From IMG/VR virus record IMGVR_UViG_3300006213_002314: DNA of 20,000 nucleotides; one strand, given 5' to 3'. The notes below the pieces were generated by a model, which saw only the letters and a list, made by a program, of their open reading frames with translations, ran no database searches and was not told the origin of the DNA. The translations under genes were made by a program, and so were the position numbers. Below, one piece after another: positions 7,302 through 16,446 of the stretch. This stretch comes from an uncultured virus (IMG/VR IMGVR_UViG_3300006213_002314) (lineage: Duplodnaviria; Heunggongvirae; Uroviricota; Caudoviricetes). Position 1 is the first letter of the stretch; each line of letters starts with the position of its first letter.

Positions 7302-7556
7302 CTACTTCTTATATCCCGGACAAGTTGCAAAATGTGATATGTAGCCATACCCATCCGCTTCCCCAGCCTTGCATCGCTCCCCGGCAACTACCTCTCCGCT
7401 TGGCAAGACAATTCTTTCTTTGCCGTTCTGGACTTTCTTATAATCCACAAACTGAGGATCAACTGGCATGTTTTTACCCGCTTTCGTCCTGATCCACACA
7501 ATCCGTGCTCCACAAGTTCTGCACTGTCCGAAGTTTCCTCCTGCAGCTTTTCTCAT
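7302..7556 (-). CDS. Small zinc-binding phage protein
   Basis: CRTCG...HFATCP; ATG 7556 with GGAGGTGG RBS. Confidence 0.7.
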   Translation of the reverse strand: MRKAAGGNFGQCRTCGARIVWIRTKAGKNMPVDPQFVDYKKVQNGKERIVLPSGEVVAGERCKAGEADGYGYISHFATCPGYKK

Positions 7557-7558
7557 AA

Positions 7559-7927
7559 TCACCACCTCCGTTCTGCCTTTCTGCAATTCTTTTGGATCTG
7601 ACTTTTCCCGGTACTATATTTATTTTCCCGCTCTAACTCCATCACCCTCAATTCATCCCAGTCCACAAACCTTCCGCTCGGAAGAAGAATTGATGCTTTC
7701 CCAAGAACAACTTCCTTGCCCTGAATAGTCATACGTGGATAGTTCACCAACACATTGTACTTTCTGGCGATCTGGAATGAAGCATCGTTAATGGGCTGTC
7801 TCACCTGCTTAATCGTCTGAGGCTTCGTTCTTCGTCCATCAACCGGGAGTTTTTTCATTTTTTCAAGCAGCTTTTCCTCTTCCGTGGAAATTATCTCATG
7901 AATAAATATGTATCTTCTTGTTGCCAT
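7559..7927 (-). CDS. Hypothetical phage protein
   Basis: 122-aa ORF, RBS GAGG, operon packing. Confidence 0.65.
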   Translation of the reverse strand: MATRRYIFIHEIISTEEEKLLEKMKKLPVDGRRTKPQTIKQVRQPINDASFQIARKYNVLVNYPRMTIQGKEVVLGKASILLPSGRFVDWDELRVMELERENKYSTGKSQIQKNCRKAERRW

Positions 7928-7951
7928 ATATCACATCCTCTAATCTAACAT

Positions 7952-8278
7952 CTACACCGTATCATTTAAGAGTTCAACTCCATCCGGTAACTCAGCAATC
8001 TCTACATCTTCCATAGGCATCCACGCATGTACTCTTTCTGCTTCACGGCTGCCAAGCTCTTTAGTCCATGCCAACCCTGTTTCTGGCTCTCCATCCATTA
8101 TCCAATCTTTTGCGTCTGGCTCCTCATTGAGATCGGCAAAATATCTCGTTTCTGCATAAGCAACTCGTCTACCGGTCCTCTTGCCTTCTCTCCATTCGTA
8201 TGCAATAAGCGTACACCAGTAAACTCCCGGAGTTTTCGGGTTTCCAGCTTTCTCAATATAATTCCACTTTTTACTCAT
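7952..8278 (-). CDS. Hypothetical phage protein (Trp-rich, DUF551-like WN...HAWMP pattern)
   Basis: KWNYIE...PGVYWCTL...VHAWMP; RBS AAGGAG. Confidence 0.6.
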   Translation of the reverse strand: MSKKWNYIEKAGNPKTPGVYWCTLIAYEWREGKRTGRRVAYAETRYFADLNEEPDAKDWIMDGEPETGLAWTKELGSREAERVHAWMPMEDVEIAELPDGVELLNDTV

Positions 8279-8618
8279 GTCGTTCTCCTTTTTTATTCAA
8301 CAAAACATTCGCTCTTCTGGTCTGCACTTTCCTTTCCATAATGCCGCCATGCATCTTCAACCAGTTATTTGTCACATTAAATCCATACAATAAGCTTAAT
8401 CTGGCCCGATACGGTATTTTTACATTTTCCAGAGTTATCTCAAAACTCTCCTGAATCCCCATGATTGAGCGCACTTCCCGCCCCGTTTCTTCCTGGGCTT
8501 CCATGAGAAGATTTTCTGTCTGGATAATCGCCTCTGAAATTGTTGCGATCTTTCTTTGTGATCCATCTTCGCCCATTATATAAAGGCTTCCTTCCTGAAT
8601 CTTTTGACCGTTTTTCAT
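8271..8618 (-). CDS. Hypothetical phage protein
   Basis: Likely start ATG 8618 (MKNGQKI) after upstream stop at 8632; contains NNWLKMHG motif. Confidence 0.6.
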   Translation of the reverse strand: MKNGQKIQEGSLYIMGEDGSQRKIATISEAIIQTENLLMEAQEETGREVRSIMGIQESFEITLENVKIPYRARLSLLYGFNVTNNWLKMHGGIMERKVQTRRANVLLNKKGERHE

Positions 8619-8631
8619 CCCTTCTTCTCCA

Positions 8632-8946
8632 TCACTGCATATTTGGCTTTTTAACTTTCTGCTCCTCCGTAAGAGTCGGCGCACTAACATTCTTAGCCAA
8701 GTAATCAGCCAATTCCTTCGCTCCTGCATTTTTTACCTCCACTTCATTCGCAATGTGACGCAGGGCTGTTACGATCAGCCCCGCATCCGCTGCAGAATAC
8801 GGTGAAATTGCATTGATGATATTATTTGAATAATACTTCAAGCCGTCCGCTACCATGTTCATAGCTTCCTTCTGCTTTCCTTCCTGGAGAAGACTATTCC
8901 CACGATTAACATAGCTTTTCATCCGTTTTTCTTTCAGCCTCTTCAT
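8632..8946 (-). CDS. Hypothetical phage protein
   Basis: 104-aa ORF translationally coupled (TAATG) to upstream gene. Confidence 0.65.
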   Translation of the reverse strand: MKRLKEKRMKSYVNRGNSLLQEGKQKEAMNMVADGLKYYSNNIINAISPYSAADAGLIVTALRHIANEVEVKNAGAKELADYLAKNVSAPTLTEEQKVKKPNMQ

Positions 8947-9620
8947 TACTCGTCCTCCGGTTCCTCATAGTCATAATCATCCGAATCATCATCCTCTGTA
9001 CTGCCATCTTCCAGAAGCTCGTCTGTCATATCTTCGAACTCTTCCAAAGATTCGCCCTCTCCCCCTTCCGGGTTCTCTGGCTCCGGTGCATTCTCCTGCG
9101 GCTCTGCAGTTTCTTCCATTTCGGTGTACTCAGCGTCAATTACTTCTCCATCTGTAGGTCCTGGAAGCTGAGGTATTCCGCTCGAATGATTTTCTTCCTG
9201 ATCTGCTTCCTCAGAATCTTTGCCCGGATGGATGTTGTCCTCAAAATCATCATCGAAAATGGTTCTCTGCTCCGTGTTCGCAATAGGTTTCATGATATAC
9301 TCTCCGGAATCATCATCAAACATCAGCTTCATCTCTGTATCCATGTTCCCCTTCTTTTCATCCTTGATCTGAACAGAAGAGGTCACTTTATGCGCAAACT
9401 TTGGCTTCTCAATTCTGCGGCTCTCTCCTTCAATACTTGGATCGTAATTCGGAATATATGCCGTATCGAAACTGACATCTATCTTCAAAGTCATACTGCC
9501 CTCTGTCGCTCCCTTCTCCTGCATATTACCCAGAAGCCTTTGCAGAACAAAGTTCATATCCCGCTTAACATTGCTGAATGTATCACTCTCAAAATTCAGC
9601 TCTTTCTTGAAATCATTCAT
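8946..9620 (-). CDS. Hypothetical protein with very acidic C-terminal half
   Basis: 224-aa ORF; D/E-rich tail (EDDDSDDYDYEEPEDE). Confidence 0.7.
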   Translation of the reverse strand: MNDFKKELNFESDTFSNVKRDMNFVLQRLLGNMQEKGATEGSMTLKIDVSFDTAYIPNYDPSIEGESRRIEKPKFAHKVTSSVQIKDEKKGNMDTEMKLMFDDDSGEYIMKPIANTEQRTIFDDDFEDNIHPGKDSEEADQEENHSSGIPQLPGPTDGEVIDAEYTEMEETAEPQENAPEPENPEGGEGESLEEFEDMTDELLEDGSTEDDDSDDYDYEEPEDE

Positions 9621-9623
9621 AGC

Positions 9624-11102
9624 CTACTCCACCTTTCCGTATTTGATGTTGTTTTCCTTCATGTACTCTACTAAGCCTTTTAACTGCGCTTTCGTACCAA
9701 TAGCGAAGAATCTTACCCTGGCTTTTTTCTCCGGCTTCTGAGCAAACGGGTCTACTGCAGCAGAAAATGCCGATCTCTCAATGCTCTCAATCGTCCTTCC
9801 CATTGTAGTGATTGGTCCGCCATCTATTCCATCCATTCCGATTTCTGCCTGCTCCGGTTCTGTTTTTACCAGTTTTGATCCGGATTCCGGCTGCTCTGAT
9901 CCGATTTCTACCTGTTTTGCTACACTCTGGTTTTCGTCCTCCTGCTCTTTGGCAATTCTGGCAGCTTCTGCTCTTTTCCGTTCTTCTTCCTGTCTCCTCG
10001 CTTCTGCCTCGGCTCTGCATTTCTCCTCTTCCGCTTTTCTTTTCTCCGCTGCCTGTCTGCGTTCCTCTGCTTCCTTTTCCTTCCGAATACGTTCAGCCTC
10101 CAGCTTTTCCTCCAGATCAGTAAGTCTCTTATTCTCAGCCAAAGCCTTGCTGAGATTCCGTGTCTTAATATAAACGTCTTTTGCATTCAGTTTGTACTTA
10201 CTATCCAGGCTGTCAATAGTTTCCAAATCCGTCCGGACCTGCTGAATCTTCTGCTTTACTTCCTCCTGTGCCGTGCTGAGCTTATACGTCTTATTGAGGT
10301 ATCGACTGTCGAAGACTTTCTCGAACGGAAGAACCGGCGCCAACTCACCAATAGCCTCCTCGTAAGCCTCCCGTATTTTTTTCTCCTTCTCTTCCTTCTG
10401 CTTTTTCTCAAAGACGCTTACCTGCTGATCAATTTCATCCATCTGTTCCTGAATCAAAGCAGTTACTTCTTTCAGCTCTGCCTCAAAATCAGCGTATGGC
10501 TTGTTGATGATCTCCTTCACTTTTTTCCGGCGTTCTTCTATCGCTTTCAGCAGTTTATTCAGCTCTGCCCGGTCGCTCTTTGCCAGTTTCAAAGTCTCCT
10601 CTGTATAGGCCACTCCAGAATATTCCGCAACCTTTGCCTTAACTGCGGCTTCCAACTCCGCCTTATTCCACTCAATATGTTTCAGAAAGCCTTTTTCTGT
10701 CGGGTTAATCAGGCGAAATTCCATCTTCGCCGGTACGTTCTCTACAACTTCCGCCTGTTCAACTTTTTCTTCTGCCATTTGTAATCCTCCTTTAAAATCT
10801 TTCCAGTGCCGATAAGCTCTTTCTACCAAACACTTCATTGAATATTCCTCAATATCCGCCTCTCTATGAAGCCATGCGCAATGCGATCTACAGTGCCGCT
10901 TAATCTCCTCCAGCAGTTCTTTTTCTCCTGCATCCTCAATAGCTTGCCGAACCGTCTTTCTCCATTCTTCCGGTGAAAAGTCACCAACCTTAGTTTTGTA
11001 GATTTCCCTAAAGCCGTAAATCTTCCCACCTTTCGGCCCCATGCCTTTCACATAGGAATTACCCCAGCGTTGAAAACTGTAATCTTCCAATCGGTTTTCC
11101 AA
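9624..11102 (-). CDS. DUF1351-like coiled-coil phage protein, with an in-frame 108-aa N-terminal extension (internal start at 10778)
   Basis: IEWNKAELEAAVKAKVAEYSGVAYTEETLKLAKSDRAELNKL...KPYADFE resembles DUF1351; RBS at both TTG 11102 and ATG 10778. Confidence 0.75.
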   Translation of the reverse strand: MENRLEDYSFQRWGNSYVKGMGPKGGKIYGFREIYKTKVGDFSPEEWRKTVRQAIEDAGEKELLEEIKRHCRSHCAWLHREADIEEYSMKCLVERAYRHWKDFKGGLQMAEEKVEQAEVVENVPAKMEFRLINPTEKGFLKHIEWNKAELEAAVKAKVAEYSGVAYTEETLKLAKSDRAELNKLLKAIEERRKKVKEIINKPYADFEAELKEVTALIQEQMDEIDQQVSVFEKKQKEEKEKKIREAYEEAIGELAPVLPFEKVFDSRYLNKTYKLSTAQEEVKQKIQQVRTDLETIDSLDSKYKLNAKDVYIKTRNLSKALAENKRLTDLEEKLEAERIRKEKEAEERRQAAEKRKAEEEKCRAEAEARRQEEERKRAEAARIAKEQEDENQSVAKQVEIGSEQPESGSKLVKTEPEQAEIGMDGIDGGPITTMGRTIESIERSAFSAAVDPFAQKPEKKARVRFFAIGTKAQLKGLVEYMKENNIKYGKVE

Positions 11103-11112
11103 CTATTTCACC

Positions 11113-11337
11113 TCATATCTGCTCAATAACCGATTTTGCATCCTCGACATAGCCATCAACTTCATCGAGCATATCAATATAATTCTGCATTTCCTCCCCA
11201 CGATCTCCGAAGCGGAAATTGTCTGGAAGATTCTCCATTGCCTCATTTTCCTCTTCCTTTACCTCGGAGAGAATATCTCCAACTTCGCACAACTTATCAA
11301 ATGCCTTTCCCAGTTTCTTTCTCCGTGCTTTATTCAT
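11113..11337 (-). CDS. Hypothetical phage protein
   Basis: MNKARRKKL...EENEAMENLPDNF...GEEM small helical phage protein; RBS AGGAGG. Confidence 0.7.
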   Translation of the reverse strand: MNKARRKKLGKAFDKLCEVGDILSEVKEEENEAMENLPDNFRFGDRGEEMQNYIDMLDEVDGYVEDAKSVIEQI

Positions 11338-11346
11338 GCTTGCCTC

Positions 11347-11811
11347 CTATATCTCTCCCGGATCAATCCTCCGGATCGTAACATCTACTCTCGGTGTTTC
11401 AGAATAGAACTTCCTTACCTGCGCATCGACCACTCTGCTATCATCATGGTAGGCGATCTTGTTCAGGCTATCGCACACAATCTTCCCAATGTTGTCCCAA
11501 TCCGGCGTTTTGGTTGGCCTGATCTTATGCTCCAACATCAGCTTCCTTCTCTTCTTGCTCGTTGACTGAGGAATCTCGTAATATGCGATAATGCGAACAT
11601 CCAGCATATCATCGTCTTTGAAGCGCTTTCCCTTGGCCGCCTCACGGTACATCAGCTTAACCAGGTTCTCGTAGCTGACTGTTTCCTTAGGCGTGTACGC
11701 TTTGCTGAACGCCTTTTCTTTCCCTTGGCCGTCTTTATATTTTCTGACCGTAACTCTCGGCCGCTGTTTTCCAAACGGCACTCCTGGAATCGTAAACCGT
11801 ATGCTACGCAT
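11347..11811 (-). CDS. rusA: RusA-family Holliday junction resolvase
   Basis: FTIPGVPFGKQRPR...YTPKET...TPDWDNIGKIVCDSLNKIAYHDDSRVV; start ATG 11811 with GAGGAGG RBS. Confidence 0.92.
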   Translation of the reverse strand: MRSIRFTIPGVPFGKQRPRVTVRKYKDGQGKEKAFSKAYTPKETVSYENLVKLMYREAAKGKRFKDDDMLDVRIIAYYEIPQSTSKKRRKLMLEHKIRPTKTPDWDNIGKIVCDSLNKIAYHDDSRVVDAQVRKFYSETPRVDVTIRRIDPGEI

Positions 11812-11836
11812 TATCTCCTCCTCTGATGTTCCTTGG

Positions 11837-12016
11837 TTATCCAACATTTCCTGTCTCCTTGTAAATTTTGAGATAATAGTCCAGTTGCTTCCCTGTCTCT
11901 GTCTTTTTTCTCTTTCCGGGACCAACCGTGTAGCCATTCTCATGCAGAATAGCCGTTACCGTCTTTCTGTCTTCCAGTTTGTCGATGCTAAGCTCCGCTA
12001 TTTTTTCTAATGCCAT
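11837..12016 (-). CDS. Small hypothetical protein (59 aa, not in ORF track)
   Basis: Manual translation MALEKIAELSIDKLEDRKTVTAILHENGYTVGPGKRKKTETGKQLDYYLKIYKETGNVG*; RBS GGAGGA. Confidence 0.7.
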   Translation of the reverse strand: MALEKIAELSIDKLEDRKTVTAILHENGYTVGPGKRKKTETGKQLDYYLKIYKETGNVG

Positions 12017-12029
12017 ACCATCAATCCTC

Positions 12030-12689
12030 CTATGCTCTCTTCATTCTTCCGAGCAAATCATCCAGTTTTCTTCTGGTTTCCTCGCTCATACCTACGGTTT
12101 TTTCTTCTTCCTCCGCCTCTAGCTTTACGGGTTCTTCTGGGGGCTGCAGTTTCACATTCTCCATTGCCGCAATCCGCTTTTCTGCTTGAATCTCAGAAAT
12201 CAAATTCCTTATCTGGTTCGGAATTTTCCTGTCCTCGCTGATCCGTTTTACCGCTGTTCTGTAGTTTCGGATAAAGTGAGACTGCTCAACAGTTCCTACC
12301 TGGTCGGAATCCATCAACGCCCATTCCCGCAGATTCGCCGGACTGCCGACCGCCATCTGGCAGGCCTCCGGCAATTTTGCAAATTCCTCTTCTGCATGAT
12401 ATCCGGAATTTCCAATGGCCTTTCTTGTGATGGACCAAGCCTCCAGTTCACTCATTCCCTCCAACTCCGGCTCTATAATCTCTGTTACCTTTGACCTTAG
12501 GTCCGCTATCGTTGGTGGGAATCTCTCCGTCAGCATATACTTCTGGATGGCTACACTCACCTGTTTATATGGCAAGTCTTTCAGAAGCTCATACCACACA
12601 TTAAAAGCGTCTTGATCCGGAATAAAGGTAGGTTGTGCGTACACCGCTTTCATCCCTTTTACCAGCGTTTTGAATTCCTCTCGTTCCAT
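12030..12689 (-). CDS. Replicative helicase loader/inhibitor (SPP1 G39P-like N-terminus)
   Basis: MEREEFKTLVKGMKAVY...VWYELLKDLPYKQVSVAIQKYMLTERFPPTIADLR; follows replication initiator. Confidence 0.8.
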   Translation of the reverse strand: MEREEFKTLVKGMKAVYAQPTFIPDQDAFNVWYELLKDLPYKQVSVAIQKYMLTERFPPTIADLRSKVTEIIEPELEGMSELEAWSITRKAIGNSGYHAEEEFAKLPEACQMAVGSPANLREWALMDSDQVGTVEQSHFIRNYRTAVKRISEDRKIPNQIRNLISEIQAEKRIAAMENVKLQPPEEPVKLEAEEEEKTVGMSEETRRKLDDLLGRMKRA

Positions 12690-13462
12690 TACCAGTTATC
12701 CACCTCGCTCACTCTGTTCTGGATTCCTGCTCTTGTGGAATTGTTCTTCTCTAAAATGTCCCAGATAATTCCTTTCCAGTTGCTTCCCATACAGGTTTCG
12801 ATCAGGTCTATCACTGCCTTGTCTCCGTACTGAGCGGAACGCTTTTCTACTTGCTTCAGCAGCGATTTCATTCCCTGCTCCTTATAAGATTCTTTTCGCT
12901 CCGTCTTGTATTTGAACCACAGCTCCATCTCTTCTTTCACGGGCTCTGACAACTGATAATTCCCAGATAGCCTGTGGAAAATCTGCACCTGCGTCTCTTT
13001 CTTGGGTTTCTCTGGTTTTTGTGTATCCGGGAGCTGAGGGGGTACGCTTTCTTCCGGAAGCATTTCCTGCGATGTTCCTTGGATTTCTCTCTGCCTTTCA
13101 CGTTCCCTCTGCAGACGTTTCCTCCTGGCCGCATCTGTTTCCGTTCCGGTCATTTCTTCGCATTGAAGCAATTCCATTTCATCATTTCCGACAACCTTCA
13201 ACAGCCCCTTACTTTTCAGATAGCCTATTGTTACCGATACATTGTCCGGCTCTTCGTCCAAATCCAGAGCCAACTCGTCAATGAAATTCTCCTCTACCCC
13301 CTCAAAGTACAGCCTGTTTTTCTGTGATATCGCCCTCAAAAGCATTTTCAGATAGATAATGGTATAAGTATCGCCCCCAGCTATCTTCCTTAGCTTTTTC
13401 ATAGGTTTATCCTTGAAAAACTGCTCCGTCAGTTTCAACCAATAGTATCTTTTTTCCGCCAT
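12689..13462 (-). CDS. Phage replication initiator (replisome organizer N-terminal domain)
   Basis: KRYYWLKLTEQFFKDKPMKKLRKIAGGDTYTIIYLKMLL...GTETDAARRKR. Confidence 0.88.
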   Translation of the reverse strand: MAEKRYYWLKLTEQFFKDKPMKKLRKIAGGDTYTIIYLKMLLRAISQKNRLYFEGVEENFIDELALDLDEEPDNVSVTIGYLKSKGLLKVVGNDEMELLQCEEMTGTETDAARRKRLQRERERQREIQGTSQEMLPEESVPPQLPDTQKPEKPKKETQVQIFHRLSGNYQLSEPVKEEMELWFKYKTERKESYKEQGMKSLLKQVEKRSAQYGDKAVIDLIETCMGSNWKGIIWDILEKNNSTRAGIQNRVSEVDNW

Positions 13463-13473
13463 TCTTCACCTCG

Positions 13474-14283
13474 TCAGATCGCTGCAGTCAAATCTGTAAT
13501 GGAGATAGGACCGGTCAGCACTCTTGACTTCCTGCAGCAATCACACAATTCACATCTATCCGGTTTTTCCTCCCCACTCTTCACCCGAAGAATCCTAGGC
13601 ATGTTCGCTTCTACCATGTTCAACGCCTCTGCAAGATAATTGTCTGTCACATGAATAATGCGAATATCCGGCTCTTTCTGTGCCGTTGTGGGCTTCGTGG
13701 CCCCGGCAATGTAGAACGGAAGTTTCTTCCCGGTGTTCTGCCTTACGATTTCCTGATAAACCGCTCCCTGAATGTCATATCCCCAATACCGGACAAAATC
13801 GAGGTAGCCGATATCTCTCACCCATTTCAGATCCGTAATGGAGGCCATAACTTTCAAATCAACAATAGCAATATCCTCAAGATAGCTGTCTATTTTGATC
13901 TTCCATTTTACCCCGAACAGTTCTCCGGTCATAATTACCTGCTTCTCGCCGGACATGAATTTCATAAAATACGAGTCCCGTTCAATTCGCTCAATTACCT
14001 TTTCTGCTCCTACATACTCGGCTTTCAAGGTTCCATCACGCTTAAACAAATCCTTATTCTCCAGCTTAAACGTATCCAACGTTCCCTCAAAATAGGAATC
14101 CACGTAGCTACCGACCATAAGCGCCGTAGACTTTGGTTCTTCCCATCTTCGTTCCAACTTTTCCAGTGCTGTAAACTCACAAGGCATCTTTCCGTATGTA
14201 CCGTTGAAATCCTTGAACTGTGATACACTCATGTACTCCTTGTCTGCCTCCTGGCTATAATAATTCTCTGCCGTCAAAATCAT
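13474..14283 (-). CDS. PD-(D/E)xK exonuclease-like recombination partner (DUF3799/RecE-C-like)
   Basis: LTAENYYS...YMSVSQFKDF...KIKIDSY...IVDLKVM...YDIQGAVYQEI; adjacent to recT. Confidence 0.82.
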   Translation of the reverse strand: MILTAENYYSQEADKEYMSVSQFKDFNGTYGKMPCEFTALEKLERRWEEPKSTALMVGSYVDSYFEGTLDTFKLENKDLFKRDGTLKAEYVGAEKVIERIERDSYFMKFMSGEKQVIMTGELFGVKWKIKIDSYLEDIAIVDLKVMASITDLKWVRDIGYLDFVRYWGYDIQGAVYQEIVRQNTGKKLPFYIAGATKPTTAQKEPDIRIIHVTDNYLAEALNMVEANMPRILRVKSGEEKPDRCELCDCCRKSRVLTGPISITDLTAAI

Positions 14284-14296
14284 ATATCCCTACCTC

Positions 14297-15229
14297 CTAC
14301 ATATCTTCAATATCTACGTCTTCTGGTTCTTCCTCTTCCTGCTGCTCAATCTGAAATGGGTCCTGTGCTGGCGGTAAAGCATCCGGCTTATTGTCTCCGT
14401 AGCTTCCATCCCCTTCTCCGTCAAAGGTTTTCTGATCGTCCTGGATGGCCCTCTGCATGTCTACTGACAGGATTCCCCACTTGCTGAGAAGCAGCTTGAT
14501 TACCGTCTTTAATGCCATTGCCTCAAAGTCCGTAGTCCATTTGCTCGACTTCTTGCCCTTGTTCAGATCATATCTGTATGCCTGTGAATATTTCCTTGCA
14601 TGATTGTCAACCGCTTTCTTTGACATATATAGTTCCTGGCTATACCCGGTTTTCAACCGGAACCATGCGTAATACCCAGCCACATGCGTAGCGTCACCGA
14701 CATCCCTCTGTGTACAGTTGCTGAAATCCTCCACAAATTTAATCTCCCCTGTGATCGGGTTGTACGACTGAAGCTCGTCCTCATAGACCACTGCGTAATT
14801 CATTTTCTCGTAGTATCCGGAGCGGATTGCCAGTTGGATGAACCCCTTGTACATCATCTGGAATTGTGCTCTCGGATGCTTTTCATACTGCCCTGTCTGG
14901 GGATTTAGTACGCTTTCGTTGTACGGAACAATAGCAGCAAAGCCCAGATTGCTGTCTATTGGAAGGTCATATGTTGCCGCCGCGAATGCAGCTCCAATTA
15001 TTGATGCTGCCGGACACTTCTTTAACTGCGCACTGCCTGACACTGTATTTATAATTGATGCCATAAACTGAGGTGCTTTCTGCCCCAGTATCTCTGTGAA
15101 TTTTTTCTTTACCTTATCCTCTGACAGCATTGCTTTTACTTGATTCACTATAGGAACTGGCGGTGCCTGCTGTTGAGTGGCCGGCATCTGCTGTCTGTTT
15201 GCTGTCTGCTGTGTAATCATTCTTATCAT
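14297..15229 (-). CDS. recT: RecT-family single-strand annealing recombinase
   Basis: LGFAAIVPY...AQFQMMYKGFIQLAIRSG...WTTDFEAMALKTVIKLLLSKWGILS. Confidence 0.93.
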   Translation of the reverse strand: MIRMITQQTANRQQMPATQQQAPPVPIVNQVKAMLSEDKVKKKFTEILGQKAPQFMASIINTVSGSAQLKKCPAASIIGAAFAAATYDLPIDSNLGFAAIVPYNESVLNPQTGQYEKHPRAQFQMMYKGFIQLAIRSGYYEKMNYAVVYEDELQSYNPITGEIKFVEDFSNCTQRDVGDATHVAGYYAWFRLKTGYSQELYMSKKAVDNHARKYSQAYRYDLNKGKKSSKWTTDFEAMALKTVIKLLLSKWGILSVDMQRAIQDDQKTFDGEGDGSYGDNKPDALPPAQDPFQIEQQEEEEPEDVDIEDM

Positions 15230-15235
15230 CCTCCT

Positions 15236-15481
15236 TTAAAAATCGCTTTCATGTGCTTCGCATAACTCCTGCCCTAAATACTCCAGAAGTTCTCTTCCGT
15301 TCATTGCCCCAACACACGCTTCACATATCGCACCTTCTGGCAAATCTAAGTATTTTTCTCCTGGGTATATCCCCTCTTCGCAGCCAATGCAAATTGTAAC
15401 TGGCTGTGGTTCCGGGGCATTCGGACATCTGCTGTCGCATGGCTCTTTTCTACATATTGCACACATTATCTTCCTTTGCAC
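15236..15481 (-). CDS. Small Cys-rich zinc-binding protein
   Basis: CAIC...CDSRCPNA...CIGC...CEAC. Confidence 0.7.
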   Translation of the reverse strand: MQRKIMCAICRKEPCDSRCPNAPEPQPVTICIGCEEGIYPGEKYLDLPEGAICEACVGAMNGRELLEYLGQELCEAHESDF

Positions 15482-15705
15482 CTTCTCTCTTCTCGGATAG
15501 CATCAACCAAAACAGGAAGGGCGTTTCTGAGAAATTTCTTCCCCCTATCAAAAGCAAAAACAGTGAATGGCAAAACCAACCATTCACTCCCCACTGCGGC
15601 ATACCCCCGCCATTCATATGCACTTTTCACTGCCACAGCTGTCAAACAAAAACCTATGGTTAATGGAATCCAATTCTTAATTACCACTCTTCTTATCCGC
15701 TTCAT
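15466..15705 (-). CDS. Small membrane protein
   Basis: ATG 15705 overlaps upstream TGA (ATGA); hydrophobic WIPLTIGFCLTAVAV and RGYAAVGSEWLVLPF. Confidence 0.6.
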   Translation of the reverse strand: MKRIRRVVIKNWIPLTIGFCLTAVAVKSAYEWRGYAAVGSEWLVLPFTVFAFDRGKKFLRNALPVLVDAIREERRCKGR

Positions 15706-16445
15706 TCTGTCGCACCTAGCTCCTTCTCGATCTCGGACATTCTTTCCAAAATCGTTCTTGAATACTCCGTCTCGTATATGCCTTTTTCCCACAAATCCAA
15801 GGCTCCCGTTCCATACGAATTTCTGCCGCCCCTGTTGTAATACATAAGTACCAGCCTTTCATCCTCGTACTTTTCTGTAAGCTCAGCCAAATAGTCTATC
15901 CCAACTTTGATGTTCTGGTATGGATTAAGCAAATCTTTGCAGTTCAGCTTCTCCATTCGTTCTTCATGCCACATCTGATAAATCTGCATATATCCTTTAC
16001 TTTTTCCATCGTCTCCCAACGCATCGTATCGGTACTGACTTTCCCTCTCTATGAGGGCCACTACCATCGGATAGGAAATACCGTTTTGCTCACAAAGGCA
16101 TTGTGTATATACCTGCACTACCTCCGGAAAGCATCCCCCTGTCTCCAAGCATTTATCGGGCAATTCATAGAAACGATATATCACTTCACCTGCTCCCCAA
16201 TCTGCCGACATCGTGTTATACGGAAATGTGAAATTTACCGGATCAAGATTACTGGCTGTAATCACATCAGACGGCAAATCCTCTTTTATATCTGACGCCG
16301 CTTCTACTGTCTCTGGCTGCATTGCCATAGGACATACTTCTTTCCCATTTAAACCCTGCAACGTCGCTCCGAGAAAAAGCATCGACGCAGATACCGCTAT
16401 CAGCTTTGCTTCTGAGTGTATTCTTTTCTTCTTCACATTCTCCAC
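15702..16445 (-). CDS. Lytic transglycosylase (SLT domain) with N-terminal membrane/signal segment
   Basis: ALIERESQY (catalytic Glu-Ser), GYMQI, LLNPYQNIKVGIDYL, YYNRG motifs. Confidence 0.85.
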   Translation of the reverse strand: MENVKKKRIHSEAKLIAVSASMLFLGATLQGLNGKEVCPMAMQPETVEAASDIKEDLPSDVITASNLDPVNFTFPYNTMSADWGAGEVIYRFYELPDKCLETGGCFPEVVQVYTQCLCEQNGISYPMVVALIERESQYRYDALGDDGKSKGYMQIYQMWHEERMEKLNCKDLLNPYQNIKVGIDYLAELTEKYEDERLVLMYYNRGGRNSYGTGALDLWEKGIYETEYSRTILERMSEIEKELGATE

Positions 16446-16446
16446 C

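Noticed and set aside
9900..10120. Repetitive purine-rich sequence (EAE/ERR/KEE)
   Set aside because: Coiled-coil low-complexity coding sequence, not a DNA repeat array.
11812..11943. N-terminal extension of RusA in ORF track
   Set aside because: Overlaps a better 59-aa gene (11837..12016); RusA fold and RBS begin at 11811.
12900..13200. Expected replication-origin iterons inside the initiator gene
   Set aside because: No convincing direct repeats found by eye; not called.
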